A DNA stretch of 64,000 bases from Minisyncoccota bacterium. GTDB lineage: Bacteria > Patescibacteriota > Minisyncoccia > UBA6257 > UBA9933. The position numbers were made by a program, and so were the translations under genes. Below, in pieces: positions 38,027 to 48,508 of the stretch. The stretch is from the NCBI GenBank assembly GCA_041653755.1, contig JBAZEU010000001.1, forward strand, positions 1,398-65,397. Reading direction: 5' to 3'. The notes under the pieces were generated by a model that saw only the letters and a list, made by a program, of their open reading frames with translations, was not told the origin of the DNA and searched no databases. Every line of letters begins with the position of its first letter. Position 1 is the first letter of the stretch.

Positions 38027-38887
38027 ATGATTATTGATGGTAGAAAAATTGCGGAGGATATTATAGTGAAGCTTCGCTTTGATATATCAAGCAAGCTTGC
38101 TATTAATGGGCTTAAGATTCAGCTGAAACCCGATAAGATTTTTGCGGCTATTTTGGTGGGTGAAAATCCGCAATCTATAAGCTTTTTAAAGCAAAAAGAA
38201 AAAATTGCCAAAGAATTAGGAATTGATTTCAGGATTTACAAATTTCCTGAAAACATAACGAGCGATGAGCTGAGAAAAGAAGTTGGGAAGATTTCTCAAT
38301 TGAGTAAAGTAGGTGGTGTTATCGTTCAACTCCCGTTGCTGGGGCAAATCAACAGTCAATATGTTTTAAATGCTATCCTTCGAGAGAAAGATATTGATGT
38401 TTTAGGGGAGAGAGCATTAGGTGCTTTTTACGCCGGTAGAAATCCAGTTTTACCGCCATCGGTGGCAACAGTTGATGCTGTAATTCAGAATTTAGAAGTA
38501 AAAATTAAGAATTGTCGCGTCGCTGTTGTCGGAGCAGGATTTTTAATCGGAAAGCCGATTGCGACGTGGTTGGCGGGCAAAGTAAAAGAACTTTATATTT
38601 TAGATATCGGCAGCGATTTATCGATTTTGAAACAAGTTGATTTGGTAATCTCTGGGGTTGGCAAAGTAGGTTTAATAAAATCAGAAATGTTGAAAGAAAA
38701 CGCCATTGTTATTGATTTCGGATATTCAATAGATGAGAGTGGGAAGATTAAAGGTGATTTCGATATTAATGATCCAAGATCCAAGATCCAAGATCCATGC
38801 GTCTACACTCCTACTCCGGGCGGCACTGGCCCGATTTTAGTTGCTAAGATTTTCGAAAATTTTTATACTCTCAATAATGAACAATAA
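38027..38887 (+). CDS. folD: bifunctional methylenetetrahydrofolate dehydrogenase/cyclohydrolase
   Basis: IIDGRKIA, GVIVQLPL, KDIDVL, TPTPGGTGP. Confidence 0.9.
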   Translation: MIIDGRKIAEDIIVKLRFDISSKLAINGLKIQLKPDKIFAAILVGENPQSISFLKQKEKIAKELGIDFRIYKFPENITSDELRKEVGKISQLSKVGGVIVQLPLLGQINSQYVLNAILREKDIDVLGERALGAFYAGRNPVLPPSVATVDAVIQNLEVKIKNCRVAVVGAGFLIGKPIATWLAGKVKELYILDIGSDLSILKQVDLVISGVGKVGLIKSEMLKENAIVIDFGYSIDESGKIKGDFDINDPRSKIQDPCVYTPTPGGTGPILVAKIFENFYTLNNEQ

Positions 38888-39239
38888 AAATAAAAAGATT
38901 ATTCGTGGTTTCAAAAAGGCCTTTGACGGTTTTAGAGAAACCATAATAAAAGAAACAAGCTTTAAGATAATGCTTGTGATAGCTGTGTTGGTGGTGTGGG
39001 CAGCATTTTATCTCAATACCGGCAGAGAGGAAAAAGCTCTTTTATTTTTTGTGATTTTTATCGTTTTGATTCTTGAATTGATAAACTCAGCGGTTGAAAG
39101 AATAATGGATTATCTTGACACAAACCATGACGAAAGAATAAGAGTTATTAAAGATTTGATGGCGGCGATTGTTCTATTGGCAAGTATAGGAGCGATAATA
39201 GTTGGTCTTTTAATCTTCTGGCCGTATTTTTTTAGATAA
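38877..39239 (+). CDS. diacylglycerol/undecaprenol kinase family protein
   Basis: LELINSAVERIMD...IKDLMAAIVL; ATG at 38877. Confidence 0.85.
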   Translation: MNNKNKKIIRGFKKAFDGFRETIIKETSFKIMLVIAVLVVWAAFYLNTGREEKALLFFVIFIVLILELINSAVERIMDYLDTNHDERIRVIKDLMAAIVLLASIGAIIVGLLIFWPYFFR

Positions 39240-39321
39240 AATTATTTTTTGACAGACGACAGAAAAAATTATAGTATTGCTATCAAGATTTTGATAGCTT
39301 TTTAAAAATTGGGAGGCAAAA

Positions 39322-39807
39322 ATGGCGAATGATGGGTCTCAAAAGAGAATAGAAGGGCCAATTAAGTTTCTTATAAATAGCATTTTATGCGATAGGCAAG
39401 GGAATGTTTCGGCCGATAACGTTAAGCTTGCAACTCAATTGAGAGAGCACGGCGATATCGCAGTAGATCTTATTCTACGCGAGCTTTATCTTTGTAAACG
39501 AAGTAATGCATTGAAACAGCATATAATTCCAAATGCCTGCCCAGCATTTCATTTGATCGGCGTCGTTTGCATCCTTGCAGATTCGCGGCATGCCAATCAA
39601 ACCGCTCAGATGTTGTTGTGGTGGGAAACGTCCAGGGACCGAAGTATCGTAAGCAGCATACTAAAAACAATAGAGAAAATCGGGGACGGGACGACAATCC
39701 CCATATTAGAGAAATATCTTGCGAACCTTGAAATGACAATAAAGCCAAGCCAATCTGTTATAGCAGAAGTCAAACGAGTAATTGCATCTTGCCAAGAGCG
39801 TGGATAA
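39322..39807 (+). CDS. hypothetical helical (HEAT-like) protein (self-contained cassette)
   Basis: TTGACA promoter at 39249, GGGAGG SD, terminator at 39814. Confidence 0.65.
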   Translation: MANDGSQKRIEGPIKFLINSILCDRQGNVSADNVKLATQLREHGDIAVDLILRELYLCKRSNALKQHIIPNACPAFHLIGVVCILADSRHANQTAQMLLWWETSRDRSIVSSILKTIEKIGDGTTIPILEKYLANLEMTIKPSQSVIAEVKRVIASCQERG

Positions 39808-39813
39808 GCAAAC

Positions 39814-39852
39814 AAAAAAGCCGTAGGATTAGAAATTAATCTTACGGCTTTT
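39814..39852. terminator. bidirectional terminator
   Basis: AAAAAGCCGTAGGATT...AATCTTACGGCTTTTT. Confidence 0.8.
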
Positions 39853-39868
39853 TAAATTTTAATAGAAT

Positions 39869-40870
39869 TTATTCTTTTTTGTCGTTGACCTCGATTATTT
39901 TCTTTTCCATTTCGTGCTGAAGTTTTTTATTGGCGCTTAATCCTTCTTTAGCTCCTTCTAAGCCAACGCCTAATTTTTCTCCGTTAAAACTGTAAGTGTT
40001 TCCGTTTTTCGTGATGACGCCCGAAATAATTCCGGTGTTTACTAAATCGCCGATGTAAGAGATTCCGTCGCCGTAGATAATATCGAATTCCGCTGTTCTG
40101 AATGGTGATGAAACTTTATTTTTTGCTACCTTAGCTTTTACGCGGTGGCCGATAATTTGTTCTCCTTTTTTTATTTTTGCCGAGGCGCGGATATCGATTC
40201 TAACCGATGAATAAAATTTTAATGCTCTTCCGCCAGGAGTGGTTTCCGGGTTGCCGAACATAATTCCGATTTTCATACGAAGTTGGTTAATAAAGATAAC
40301 CAAAGTATTTGATTTGGCAGTGATAGCAGTTAGTTTTCGCAAGGCCTGGCTCATCATTCTGGCTTGAAGTCCGATGAATTGCGCTCCCATTTCTCCTTCA
40401 ATTTCCGCTCGTGGAGTTAAAGCCGCGACAGAGTCGACAACAACTACATCGATTACTCCAGAGCGAACTAAGCTTTCTAAAATATTTAATGCTTCCTCTC
40501 CGCTGTCCGGTTGGGAAAGTATAAGTTCGTCGGTTTTCACTCCGATTCTTTTTGCGTAATCGACATCCAAAGAATGTTCGGCATCGATATAAGCGGCTTT
40601 CCCGCCGGCTTTTTGCGCCTGGCTGACAACAGTCATCGCGAGGGTGCTTTTACCTCCTCCTTCAGGACCGAAAATTTCAACAATTCTTCCTTTTGGAAGA
40701 CCGCCCACGCCTAAAGCTAAATCCAAAGAAAATGAACCGGTGGAAATTGTCGGTACATCCATTTTTTTGACATCGCCTAGTTTCATAACAGATCCTTCTC
40801 CGTACTTTTCTTGCAAAGATTCTAAAAGCTTATCGATGTCTTTTGATTTTTCTTCTTTTTGTTTATTCAT
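39869..40870 (-). CDS. recA: recombinase A
   Basis: [48 protein letters not shown]. Confidence 0.98.
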   Translation of the reverse strand: MNKQKEEKSKDIDKLLESLQEKYGEGSVMKLGDVKKMDVPTISTGSFSLDLALGVGGLPKGRIVEIFGPEGGGKSTLAMTVVSQAQKAGGKAAYIDAEHSLDVDYAKRIGVKTDELILSQPDSGEEALNILESLVRSGVIDVVVVDSVAALTPRAEIEGEMGAQFIGLQARMMSQALRKLTAITAKSNTLVIFINQLRMKIGIMFGNPETTPGGRALKFYSSVRIDIRASAKIKKGEQIIGHRVKAKVAKNKVSSPFRTAEFDIIYGDGISYIGDLVNTGIISGVITKNGNTYSFNGEKLGVGLEGAKEGLSANKKLQHEMEKKIIEVNDKKE

Positions 40871-40871
40871 T

Positions 40872-41498
40872 TTACGGTTGATAGTCAACTAATCTGGTAA
40901 TTTTTATTTCTTTGCCCAAGAATTTTTTCGCCGTGAATATAATATTATTAGGACCTTGCTGAAGAGTGATATCTTTTTCGAACCAGCCGGTTTGGTCCGC
41001 TACGACTTCCGTGTTGTCAATTATTAATTTATCTTTTGGATCAATGCGGCCGGACACTTTAATCGTTGGTTCTTTTACGATTATTTCCGATACGGCGGGA
41101 TTAATAATTTCAAGCTTCGGCGAACCGAAAATATTATTCCATTGGAAGCTTAAATAAATTATAACAATAATCAGAATGATTACGAACAAAAATAGTTTCT
41201 TGCTTTGCTTGACTGGCAGGGCATAACGGTTAGGGGAAAGCTTGTCGTTCTGGCCGGAAGCTTTCAATGGCGATTCGTTTTTAAATGATTGCCACAATTC
41301 TTCGCCATCAAGCCGTAAGACCTTTGCAATTTTCAAGAGATACCCTCTGGTATAAGGCGCGGACGGTAAATTTTTAAAGTCGCCGTCAATTAACGCTTCC
41401 AAATAACGCTTTGGGATATCGGTTGACTCCGATAATTTTTCTAAGGTGATCCCCTTAGATTCCATTAATTCTTTTAAGGTTTCGCTCAAGGTAGCCAT
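40872..41498 (-). CDS. RodZ-like HTH-TM-Ig protein
   Basis: N-terminal HTH (YLEAL...[11 protein letters not shown]), TM helix, beta domain; follows ftsK. Confidence 0.8.
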   Translation of the reverse strand: MATLSETLKELMESKGITLEKLSESTDIPKRYLEALIDGDFKNLPSAPYTRGYLLKIAKVLRLDGEELWQSFKNESPLKASGQNDKLSPNRYALPVKQSKKLFLFVIILIIVIIYLSFQWNNIFGSPKLEIINPAVSEIIVKEPTIKVSGRIDPKDKLIIDNTEVVADQTGWFEKDITLQQGPNNIIFTAKKFLGKEIKITRLVDYQP

Positions 41499-41504
41499 AT
41501 TGTT

Positions 41505-43613
41505 TTATTCTTCTTCGATTGGGAAATCTTCTTTTTTAAGATTGTTTATTTTTTCGAAATAGACATCTCGGGGTTTTGCGCCGCTGCCGGGGCCGATTAA
41601 TCCTTTGGCTTGCAAAATATCCAAAAGACGGGCTGCCCTGGCATAACCAACTTTCAGATGACGTTGTAGCAATGATGCCGATGCCTTTTTTGCTTCATAA
41701 ATAATTTCAATCGCTTCATCCAAAAGTTCGTCGTCTTCTCCACCATTAGCGTCAAAATCGCTTAAAAAATTTTCAACCTGATCCGGCTCAAAATCAATGC
41801 TTTCGCTGCCATTCGTTACGATGTCATTATTCTCTCTGATAAAGTCAGTGACTTTTTGAGCTTCTTCTTCGCTGACATAAGCGCCTTGAATTCTTTTTGG
41901 TTTTGAAAATTCTGAGGATATGAAAAGCATATCGCCGCCGCCCAATAATTTTTCTGCACCGGAAGTGTCTAATATTGTTCTGGAATCAACTTGGCTTGGC
42001 ACTTGAAGAGCGACTCTGGCAGTAATGTTGGCTTTGATAAGACCAGTGACAACTTCAACTGATGGCCTTTGAGTTGAAAGGACTAAGTGGATACCAGTGG
42101 CACGTGCCATTTGAGCAAGTCGAACAATTGAACTTTCAACCTCGCGTCCGTAAGTAGTCATCAAGTCAGCCAATTCATCGATTACGATGACTAAAAATGG
42201 AAGGGCTTCTTCGGGTTTCTTTTTGTTAAAACTTTGAACGTCTCTGGAACCGGAGGCCTGAAGCAAATCATATCTTCTATCCATTTCAGAAAGAGCCCAG
42301 CGAAAAACGCCGACTGATTTTTTGAGATCGGTTATCGGCGGCGTTAAAAGATGAGGAATATTTTCGTAGATCGAAAGTTCCACTCTTTTCGGGTCGATTA
42401 AAAGCAGTTTTAATGTTTCGGGAGAATTTTTGTAAATTAAAGAAATCAAAAGAGAATGAATGCAAATACTTTTTCCGGAACCGGTTGAACCAGCGACTAA
42501 AAGATGAGGCATCTTTTCAATATCAGAAAAAATTATTTCACCGGATACATCCCGGCCAAGGGGGAAGGACAACAGGCCGGATTTTGAAAATTCCGGATAA
42601 GCCATAAGCGAACCAAGCCGAACAATCGCCGCCGCTTTATTGGGCACTTCAATGCCGACTAAAGATTTTCCCGGAATCGGAGCTTCAATCCTTATTGGAT
42701 GAGCGGCTAGAGATAATGCTAAATCCTGATTTAAAGCAGTAATTCTTGAAAGCTTTATTCCTTCAGCCGGTTTTAAAGTGTAGCGGGTTACTTTGGGGCC
42801 GATATTTATTTCACCCATTTCTACCGGAATGCCGAAACTTTCCAAAGTTCTTTTTATGATATTGGCGTTGGCTCGCAAGTCGCCGGATGTCGGTTTTTCA
42901 ACCGAAGAACGCAAGAGTGAAAATGGAGGAGCGGTATATCCTTTTATCTTCATTGATTTTGATTTGAGGGGAATTAAAGGTTTGACGTTCTTTTTATCTT
43001 GTTCGGGTTTAATCGGCGCCGATTGCTCTTCTTCAAGGCCTTGCGGGATTTTTAATTCTTTCACATTTAATTCGGAGAAGTCCTCTTCTAACTTTTCTTT
43101 CCTGCGGAATTTTATCGGGACATTAAAAACAGCGATGAGAGATGATAAAAAGATCGCCACAATAATTATTATCGCGAAAGGTTTTCCGAATGGATGTTCC
43201 AGCCAGCCCAAAATTTTTCCAAGCCAGCCGCCATTTTTTAAAGTTATATCTATTAAGCCAAGACCGGCTAATATGAAAATTCCGGCACCGATAAAAGGTA
43301 TTTTTATGGTGGTTACGGAATGAGAAGCGAAAAAAACAATCGCCAGCAATAGTAAGATTAAAGGCAAAAGAAAATATCCTTTACCGAAGAACTTTTCAAA
43401 AATACTGTAAATAAAATTACCGGCTGGTCCGGCACTTTTAAATCCTGCAAAAATAAAAAGAAGCATCAAGGCGACGCAGGCGATTCCCCAAAGAGTTTGT
43501 TTTGTTTCTGGATGAAGACCCAAAGAATTGTGGTTCACGGCAATTTCCTTTCTACCGTTCCCATTTTTTCTTCCATTGTTTCTATTATTTTTTCCGTTAT
43601 TTTTCCGAGCCAT
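41505..43613 (-). CDS. ftsK: DNA translocase FtsK
   Basis: Four N-terminal TM helices, PHLLVAGSTGSGKS, IDELADLM, STQRPS, gamma domain. Confidence 0.97.
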   Translation of the reverse strand: MARKNNGKNNRNNGRKNGNGRKEIAVNHNSLGLHPETKQTLWGIACVALMLLFIFAGFKSAGPAGNFIYSIFEKFFGKGYFLLPLILLLLAIVFFASHSVTTIKIPFIGAGIFILAGLGLIDITLKNGGWLGKILGWLEHPFGKPFAIIIIVAIFLSSLIAVFNVPIKFRRKEKLEEDFSELNVKELKIPQGLEEEQSAPIKPEQDKKNVKPLIPLKSKSMKIKGYTAPPFSLLRSSVEKPTSGDLRANANIIKRTLESFGIPVEMGEINIGPKVTRYTLKPAEGIKLSRITALNQDLALSLAAHPIRIEAPIPGKSLVGIEVPNKAAAIVRLGSLMAYPEFSKSGLLSFPLGRDVSGEIIFSDIEKMPHLLVAGSTGSGKSICIHSLLISLIYKNSPETLKLLLIDPKRVELSIYENIPHLLTPPITDLKKSVGVFRWALSEMDRRYDLLQASGSRDVQSFNKKKPEEALPFLVIVIDELADLMTTYGREVESSIVRLAQMARATGIHLVLSTQRPSVEVVTGLIKANITARVALQVPSQVDSRTILDTSGAEKLLGGGDMLFISSEFSKPKRIQGAYVSEEEAQKVTDFIRENNDIVTNGSESIDFEPDQVENFLSDFDANGGEDDELLDEAIEIIYEAKKASASLLQRHLKVGYARAARLLDILQAKGLIGPGSGAKPRDVYFEKINNLKKEDFPIEEE

Positions 43614-43759
43614 TCATCTATTCTAATTAAAATATATATAAAATTCAATAAAAATTGTAGATTTGACTGTTTTCTAAAAACGCTTAAAATAGAGGAGATA
43701 ATGAAACATTTTATAGTATCGGGGACTAAAAAGTTCCCGATAATATATAACATGTCAAA

Positions 43760-44236
43760 ATGTCATATTTTATAGGCGCGCAAGGCAAACAATTTGCTCC
43801 GACTGAAGTGGCCAAAGAAATTATTTCTTTTATGGAAGCCGATAATAAAAGGAGTTACCGTATTGTTGTCGGTACGGATTCTTTGCTTTTGGCGGACAAG
43901 ACAGCCGATTTTGTGACAGCCGTAGTAGTTCATCGAGTTGGCAATGGCGGCAAGTATTTTTGGAAACGGCAATCATTTAAAAACTTCTATACTTTAAGAG
44001 ACAGGATTTTGAAAGAAGTTATTCTTTCGATTGATTTAGCTAAAGAGGTTTTGTTGGATTTGAAGAATCTTAAAGCGCCTGATTTCAATTTTGAAATTCA
44101 CGTTGATATTGGCACCAACGGTCCAACTAATGAAATGATGCAAGAAGTTATCGGTATGATTCGCGCTTACAATTTTGAAGTGAAAACAAAACCTGATAGT
44201 TATGCCGCGTCAAAAGTCGCAGACCGGCACGTATAG
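43760..44236 (+). CDS. YkuK-family RNase H-like protein
   Basis: IVVGTDS, LRDRILKEV, EIHVDIG, KPDSYAASKVADRH. Confidence 0.88.
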   Translation: MSYFIGAQGKQFAPTEVAKEIISFMEADNKRSYRIVVGTDSLLLADKTADFVTAVVVHRVGNGGKYFWKRQSFKNFYTLRDRILKEVILSIDLAKEVLLDLKNLKAPDFNFEIHVDIGTNGPTNEMMQEVIGMIRAYNFEVKTKPDSYAASKVADRHV

Positions 44237-44279
44237 ATACAATCTATAATTAAGAATGCAGAATTAAGAATGAAGAACT

Positions 44280-45215
44280 ATGAACAATAAAAAATTAATA
44301 ACAATTATCTTTAGCGTTTTATTGGTAGGTATTTTATTTGGTGCTGCAGGTTCCGTTAAAGCCAATGTTTTTGGCGATATATATAATAAGTACTTGAAGC
44401 CGGTTTTTAATTTTGAGAAAACCGCTTCGCCGACAACTACTCCTCAAACATCACAGGAAATTTACTCTCCGACAAATGATTATGAGCAAGCAGTCATAAA
44501 AGCGGTTGAAAACGCTTCGCCGGCCGTGGTTTCCATAATTATCTCTAAGTATGTGCCGGTGATTGAGCAATGTCCTTATAACCCTTTTTCTGATTTGCCG
44601 CCTGAATTTCGGCAACTGCTTGGCGGCGACCAACAATTTTACACTGAATGCCAAAAAGGTACCCAGCTTCAGGAAGTCGGCGGCGGCAGCGGTTTTATCG
44701 TATCTAGTGACGGAGTAATTGTCACTAATAAGCACGTTGTTGCTGACAAAAACGCTTCTTATACGGTTTTAACCAATGACGGTAAAAAATATGACGCTAA
44801 GGTTTTATTCAGAAATCCAAATTTGGATTTGGCAATTGTTAAAATTAGCGCCACTGGTTTAAAAACGATACCATTAGGGACATCAACTGGCTTAAGATTA
44901 GGCCAAACAACAATCGCTATCGGTAATGCTTTAGGCGAATTCAGAAATACTGTTTCGGTGGGTGTTGTCTCCGGCTTAGCGAGAAGCATAACGGCTTCCA
45001 GCGGCGGCCAGTCGAACGAAAAATTAGAGAATTTAATCCAAACAGACGCGGCGATTAACGCTGGTAATTCCGGCGGGCCATTGCTTAATTTGAAAGGCGA
45101 AGTAATCGGCATTGATGTGGCAATGGTTTCAGGCGCGCAAAATATCGGGTTTGCCGTGCCAATAGATCAAGTCAAGCAATCAATCGAATCAGTATTAACA
45201 AATAACAACAAATAA
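44280..45215 (+). CDS. HtrA-like trypsin serine protease (no PDZ domain)
   Basis: GSGFIV, TNKHVV, IQTDAAINAGNSGGPL. Confidence 0.92.
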   Translation: MNNKKLITIIFSVLLVGILFGAAGSVKANVFGDIYNKYLKPVFNFEKTASPTTTPQTSQEIYSPTNDYEQAVIKAVENASPAVVSIIISKYVPVIEQCPYNPFSDLPPEFRQLLGGDQQFYTECQKGTQLQEVGGGSGFIVSSDGVIVTNKHVVADKNASYTVLTNDGKKYDAKVLFRNPNLDLAIVKISATGLKTIPLGTSTGLRLGQTTIAIGNALGEFRNTVSVGVVSGLARSITASSGGQSNEKLENLIQTDAAINAGNSGGPLLNLKGEVIGIDVAMVSGAQNIGFAVPIDQVKQSIESVLTNNNK

Positions 45216-45216
45216 C

Positions 45217-47841
45217 TTGCCTCAATTTAATCGTTTCACAATTAAAGCGCAGGAAGCATTAGCCAAAGCTCAAGAAATTGCGAGCTCATATAATCATGGG
45301 GAGCTTTCAGCCACCCATCTTTTAGCCGCTCTTATTTCTGACGGCCAATCAATCGTTACGCCGCTTTTAGTTAAATCGGGAATTGATGTTTCGAAACTTG
45401 ATTCTGCGACTAAAGAGATTTTAGAAAAACAGCCGAAAGTTTTTGCCACGGCCAATGTTTCTCAACTATACCTTTCTCAGGAAGTGATGAAGGTTTTAGA
45501 TGATGCTTCAAAAATTGCATCTCAATTGAAAGATGAATTCATTTCTTGTGAACATTTGGTGTTGGCAATTTTGAATACGCCGTCAACAGCCCAGAAATTA
45601 TTGGAAGAATTCGGTTTAAACAGAGAGACGGCATTGAGAACATTATCTTTATTAAGAGGCTCGATGAGAGTGACCGATGAAACGCCGGAAACAAAAATTC
45701 AAATTTTAGAAAAATACGCCATTAATTTGACCGAACAAGCCAAGCAAGGGAAGTTGGATCCTGTTATTGGCCGTGAGGACGAGCTTCGCAGAATTATTCA
45801 GGTTCTTTCCCGCCGGACAAAAAACAATCCGGTATTAATTGGTGAACCGGGCGTTGGCAAGACCGCCGTTGTTGAAGGGTTGGCTCAAAGAATAGTGTCC
45901 GGACAAGTGCCTGAAATTTTGAAAGGAAAAGAAATAGTGATGCTTGATTTAGGAGCTTTAATCGCCGGCACAAAATTCAGGGGTGAATTCGAGGATCGTC
46001 TGAAAGCGTTTATTAAAGAAATTCAGAATTCAGCCGGCCGGATTATTCTTTTTATTGATGAAATTCATATGATCGTTGGCGCCGGTGCGGCCGAAGGGGC
46101 GATTGACGCTTCCAATCTTTTAAAGCCACCATTGGCCAGAGGAGAATTAAGAGCGATTGGCGCCACTACTACCAGAGAATATCAGCGTTATATCGAAAAA
46201 GACGCGGCCCTTGAAAGAAGATTCCAGCCGGTTGTCGTTGAAGAGCCGGCTATCGAAGACAGCATTAATATTTTGCGCGGTCTGAAAGAAAAATATGAAC
46301 TCCATCATGGCGTTAAAATTTCCGATGAAGCGATGGTTGCGGCGGTTAATCTTTCGGTGCGCTACATTACCGATAGGTTTTTGCCGGACAAAGCGATTGA
46401 TTTAATTGATGAAGCGATGGCTGCCAGAAAAATTGAAGCGGAAAGCACGCCTGCTGGGATTGAAAAACTTCAAAAAGAAATCAGAAGCTTGGAGATTGAA
46501 AAATCAGCTTTAACAAGCGAAAAAAAGGAAAAGAATAAAAAACGGCTGAAAGCAATTGAAAAAGATTTAACTAAAATAAAAAAAGAAGAATCAGGCCTTC
46601 TTGCTGAATGGCGCGCTGAAAAAGGCGGATTGGAAAATTTGAATCAGCTTAGACAAAAAATAGAAAATCTTAAAAAAGAAGCTCAAGTAGCCGAAAGAGA
46701 AGCTGACTTAGATAAAGTTGCGAAAATTACTTACGGAGAATTGCCGCAAATGGAGAAGGATTATAACCTTTTAGAAAAGAAATATTTTTCCCAGAAAAAA
46801 GAAAGCAGGTTTGTTAAAGAAATAATTGATGAGGAAGATATCGCCGCCGTAGTTTCTCGTTGGACTGGCATTCCGGTTTCCAGAATGCTTGAATCGGAAA
46901 AAGAAAAATTCAGGAAGATTGAAGAAACCTTAAGGCATAGGGTGGTTGGCCAGGAAGAGGGTATAAAGGCCTTAGCTGACACTCTGCGGAGGGCCAGGGC
47001 GGGTTTATCCGATAAAGACAGGCCCCTTGGCTCATTTATGTTTCTGGGGCCTACTGGGGTGGGTAAAACCGAGTTAGCCAGGGCATTGGCAGAGTTTATG
47101 TTTAATGATGAAAAGTCGATAATCCGAGTTGATATGAGTGAATATATGGAACGTCATTCAACAGCCCGACTTATTGGTTCTCCGCCCGGGTACGTAGGAT
47201 ATGAAGAAGGGGGACAGTTGACAGAAGCAGTCAGACATCGGCCTTACAGCTTAATTCTTTTTGATGAAATCGAGAAAGCTAACCCGGAAGTTTTTAATAT
47301 CCTGCTTCAGGTTTTGGATAATGGCCGGCTGACTGACGGCAAAGGCAAAGTAGTCAATTTTAGAAATTCCATTATTATTTTGACTTCCAATGTTGGCAGC
47401 GAATATTTCAGAGAAATTTCTAAGATCGGTTTCGAGGTTGATAGCGAGAAGAAATATGAAGATCAGACCAAAACTTTTGAAGATCAGGTGTCGGAAACCC
47501 TGAAGAAAACTTTCAGGCCGGAGTTTCTCAACCGTTTGGACGAAATAATTATTTTTAATCCTTTGCGAAAGCCGGAAATCGAGAAAATCGTTGATCTCCA
47601 GCTTGAACTATTAAAGGAAAAGCTGAAAGAAAAAAATATTGTCGTTTCGGTTGATAATTCAGTGAAAAATTATATTATTGAAAATGGTTTCAGTCCTGAT
47701 TACGGCGCCAGGCCGATTAAGCGCTTAATCCAAAAAACGATTCTCGATGAATTGGCTGATCGTCTCATTAAGGGTGAATTAAAAAATGCTAAAAAGGTTA
47801 AAATTAGCTTCAAAAATTCCGCCATATCCGTTAATAGCTAA
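45217..47841 (+). CDS. clpB: ClpB-family AAA+ chaperone
   Basis: GEPGVGKT and GPTGVGKTE Walker A motifs; long middle coiled coil; TTG start. Confidence 0.9.
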   Translation: MPQFNRFTIKAQEALAKAQEIASSYNHGELSATHLLAALISDGQSIVTPLLVKSGIDVSKLDSATKEILEKQPKVFATANVSQLYLSQEVMKVLDDASKIASQLKDEFISCEHLVLAILNTPSTAQKLLEEFGLNRETALRTLSLLRGSMRVTDETPETKIQILEKYAINLTEQAKQGKLDPVIGREDELRRIIQVLSRRTKNNPVLIGEPGVGKTAVVEGLAQRIVSGQVPEILKGKEIVMLDLGALIAGTKFRGEFEDRLKAFIKEIQNSAGRIILFIDEIHMIVGAGAAEGAIDASNLLKPPLARGELRAIGATTTREYQRYIEKDAALERRFQPVVVEEPAIEDSINILRGLKEKYELHHGVKISDEAMVAAVNLSVRYITDRFLPDKAIDLIDEAMAARKIEAESTPAGIEKLQKEIRSLEIEKSALTSEKKEKNKKRLKAIEKDLTKIKKEESGLLAEWRAEKGGLENLNQLRQKIENLKKEAQVAEREADLDKVAKITYGELPQMEKDYNLLEKKYFSQKKESRFVKEIIDEEDIAAVVSRWTGIPVSRMLESEKEKFRKIEETLRHRVVGQEEGIKALADTLRRARAGLSDKDRPLGSFMFLGPTGVGKTELARALAEFMFNDEKSIIRVDMSEYMERHSTARLIGSPPGYVGYEEGGQLTEAVRHRPYSLILFDEIEKANPEVFNILLQVLDNGRLTDGKGKVVNFRNSIIILTSNVGSEYFREISKIGFEVDSEKKYEDQTKTFEDQVSETLKKTFRPEFLNRLDEIIIFNPLRKPEIEKIVDLQLELLKEKLKEKNIVVSVDNSVKNYIIENGFSPDYGARPIKRLIQKTILDELADRLIKGELKNAKKVKISFKNSAISVNS

Positions 47842-48508
47842 GACGCTTTTAATTTTTCTGCTTTTGATTTTGGCGAATTTCCATCAATCAAGTTTTTGGG
47901 CCATTTCCGCTTTTATTTTTTTTGCGGTACTTTTTTATTTTTGGCCTTTGCTCAATTCATCGGATTGGCTGGGATATTTTTTGATTTTTTTGACGGGTTC
48001 TTTAATAACAATACTCTCTTTAGATTTTTCAGTGATAGCCCTGATCGCCATTTTAGGATTAACTATCATCTTTTTTCTATTAATCGGTTCAAAGAATTTA
48101 AATTTAAGCGGTCCTCAATCAATTTTTTTGTTGAGAAGTTTTTTGTTCCTTTTGATTTTTTTCATGTTTTTTTCGGTAAACAAGGCAGAATTGTTTTGGC
48201 TGAAATATCTGGCTTTGATCGCGGCAATCTTCATCATATTCTTTGGATTGCTTAAAAATTACCCCAAGAAAAAACTCTATACCGTCGCCTTAACGTTTTT
48301 ATTGGTGCAAATAGTTTGGGCGATAGGATTATTGCCTATTGGCTTTATCAATCAGACGGCTCTGACTTTGGTTTTCATCCTGATTGTCGAGGAGTTGATC
48401 GTTTGCCATTTTAGCGGCGCATTTAATTATCAAAATATCGTGAAGAATGTTATGATTGTCGTTGTTTTAATGGTTTTAATTTTGGCTTTGTCAAAATGGA
48501 CAATCTAA
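47786..48508 (+). CDS. hypothetical polytopic membrane protein (start uncertain)
   Basis: Many hydrophobic segments; fills the gap between clpB and the ligase gene. Confidence 0.65.
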   Translation: MLKRLKLASKIPPYPLIAKTLLIFLLLILANFHQSSFWAISAFIFFAVLFYFWPLLNSSDWLGYFLIFLTGSLITILSLDFSVIALIAILGLTIIFFLLIGSKNLNLSGPQSIFLLRSFLFLLIFFMFFSVNKAELFWLKYLALIAAIFIIFFGLLKNYPKKKLYTVALTFLLVQIVWAIGLLPIGFINQTALTLVFILIVEELIVCHFSGAFNYQNIVKNVMIVVVLMVLILALSKWTI

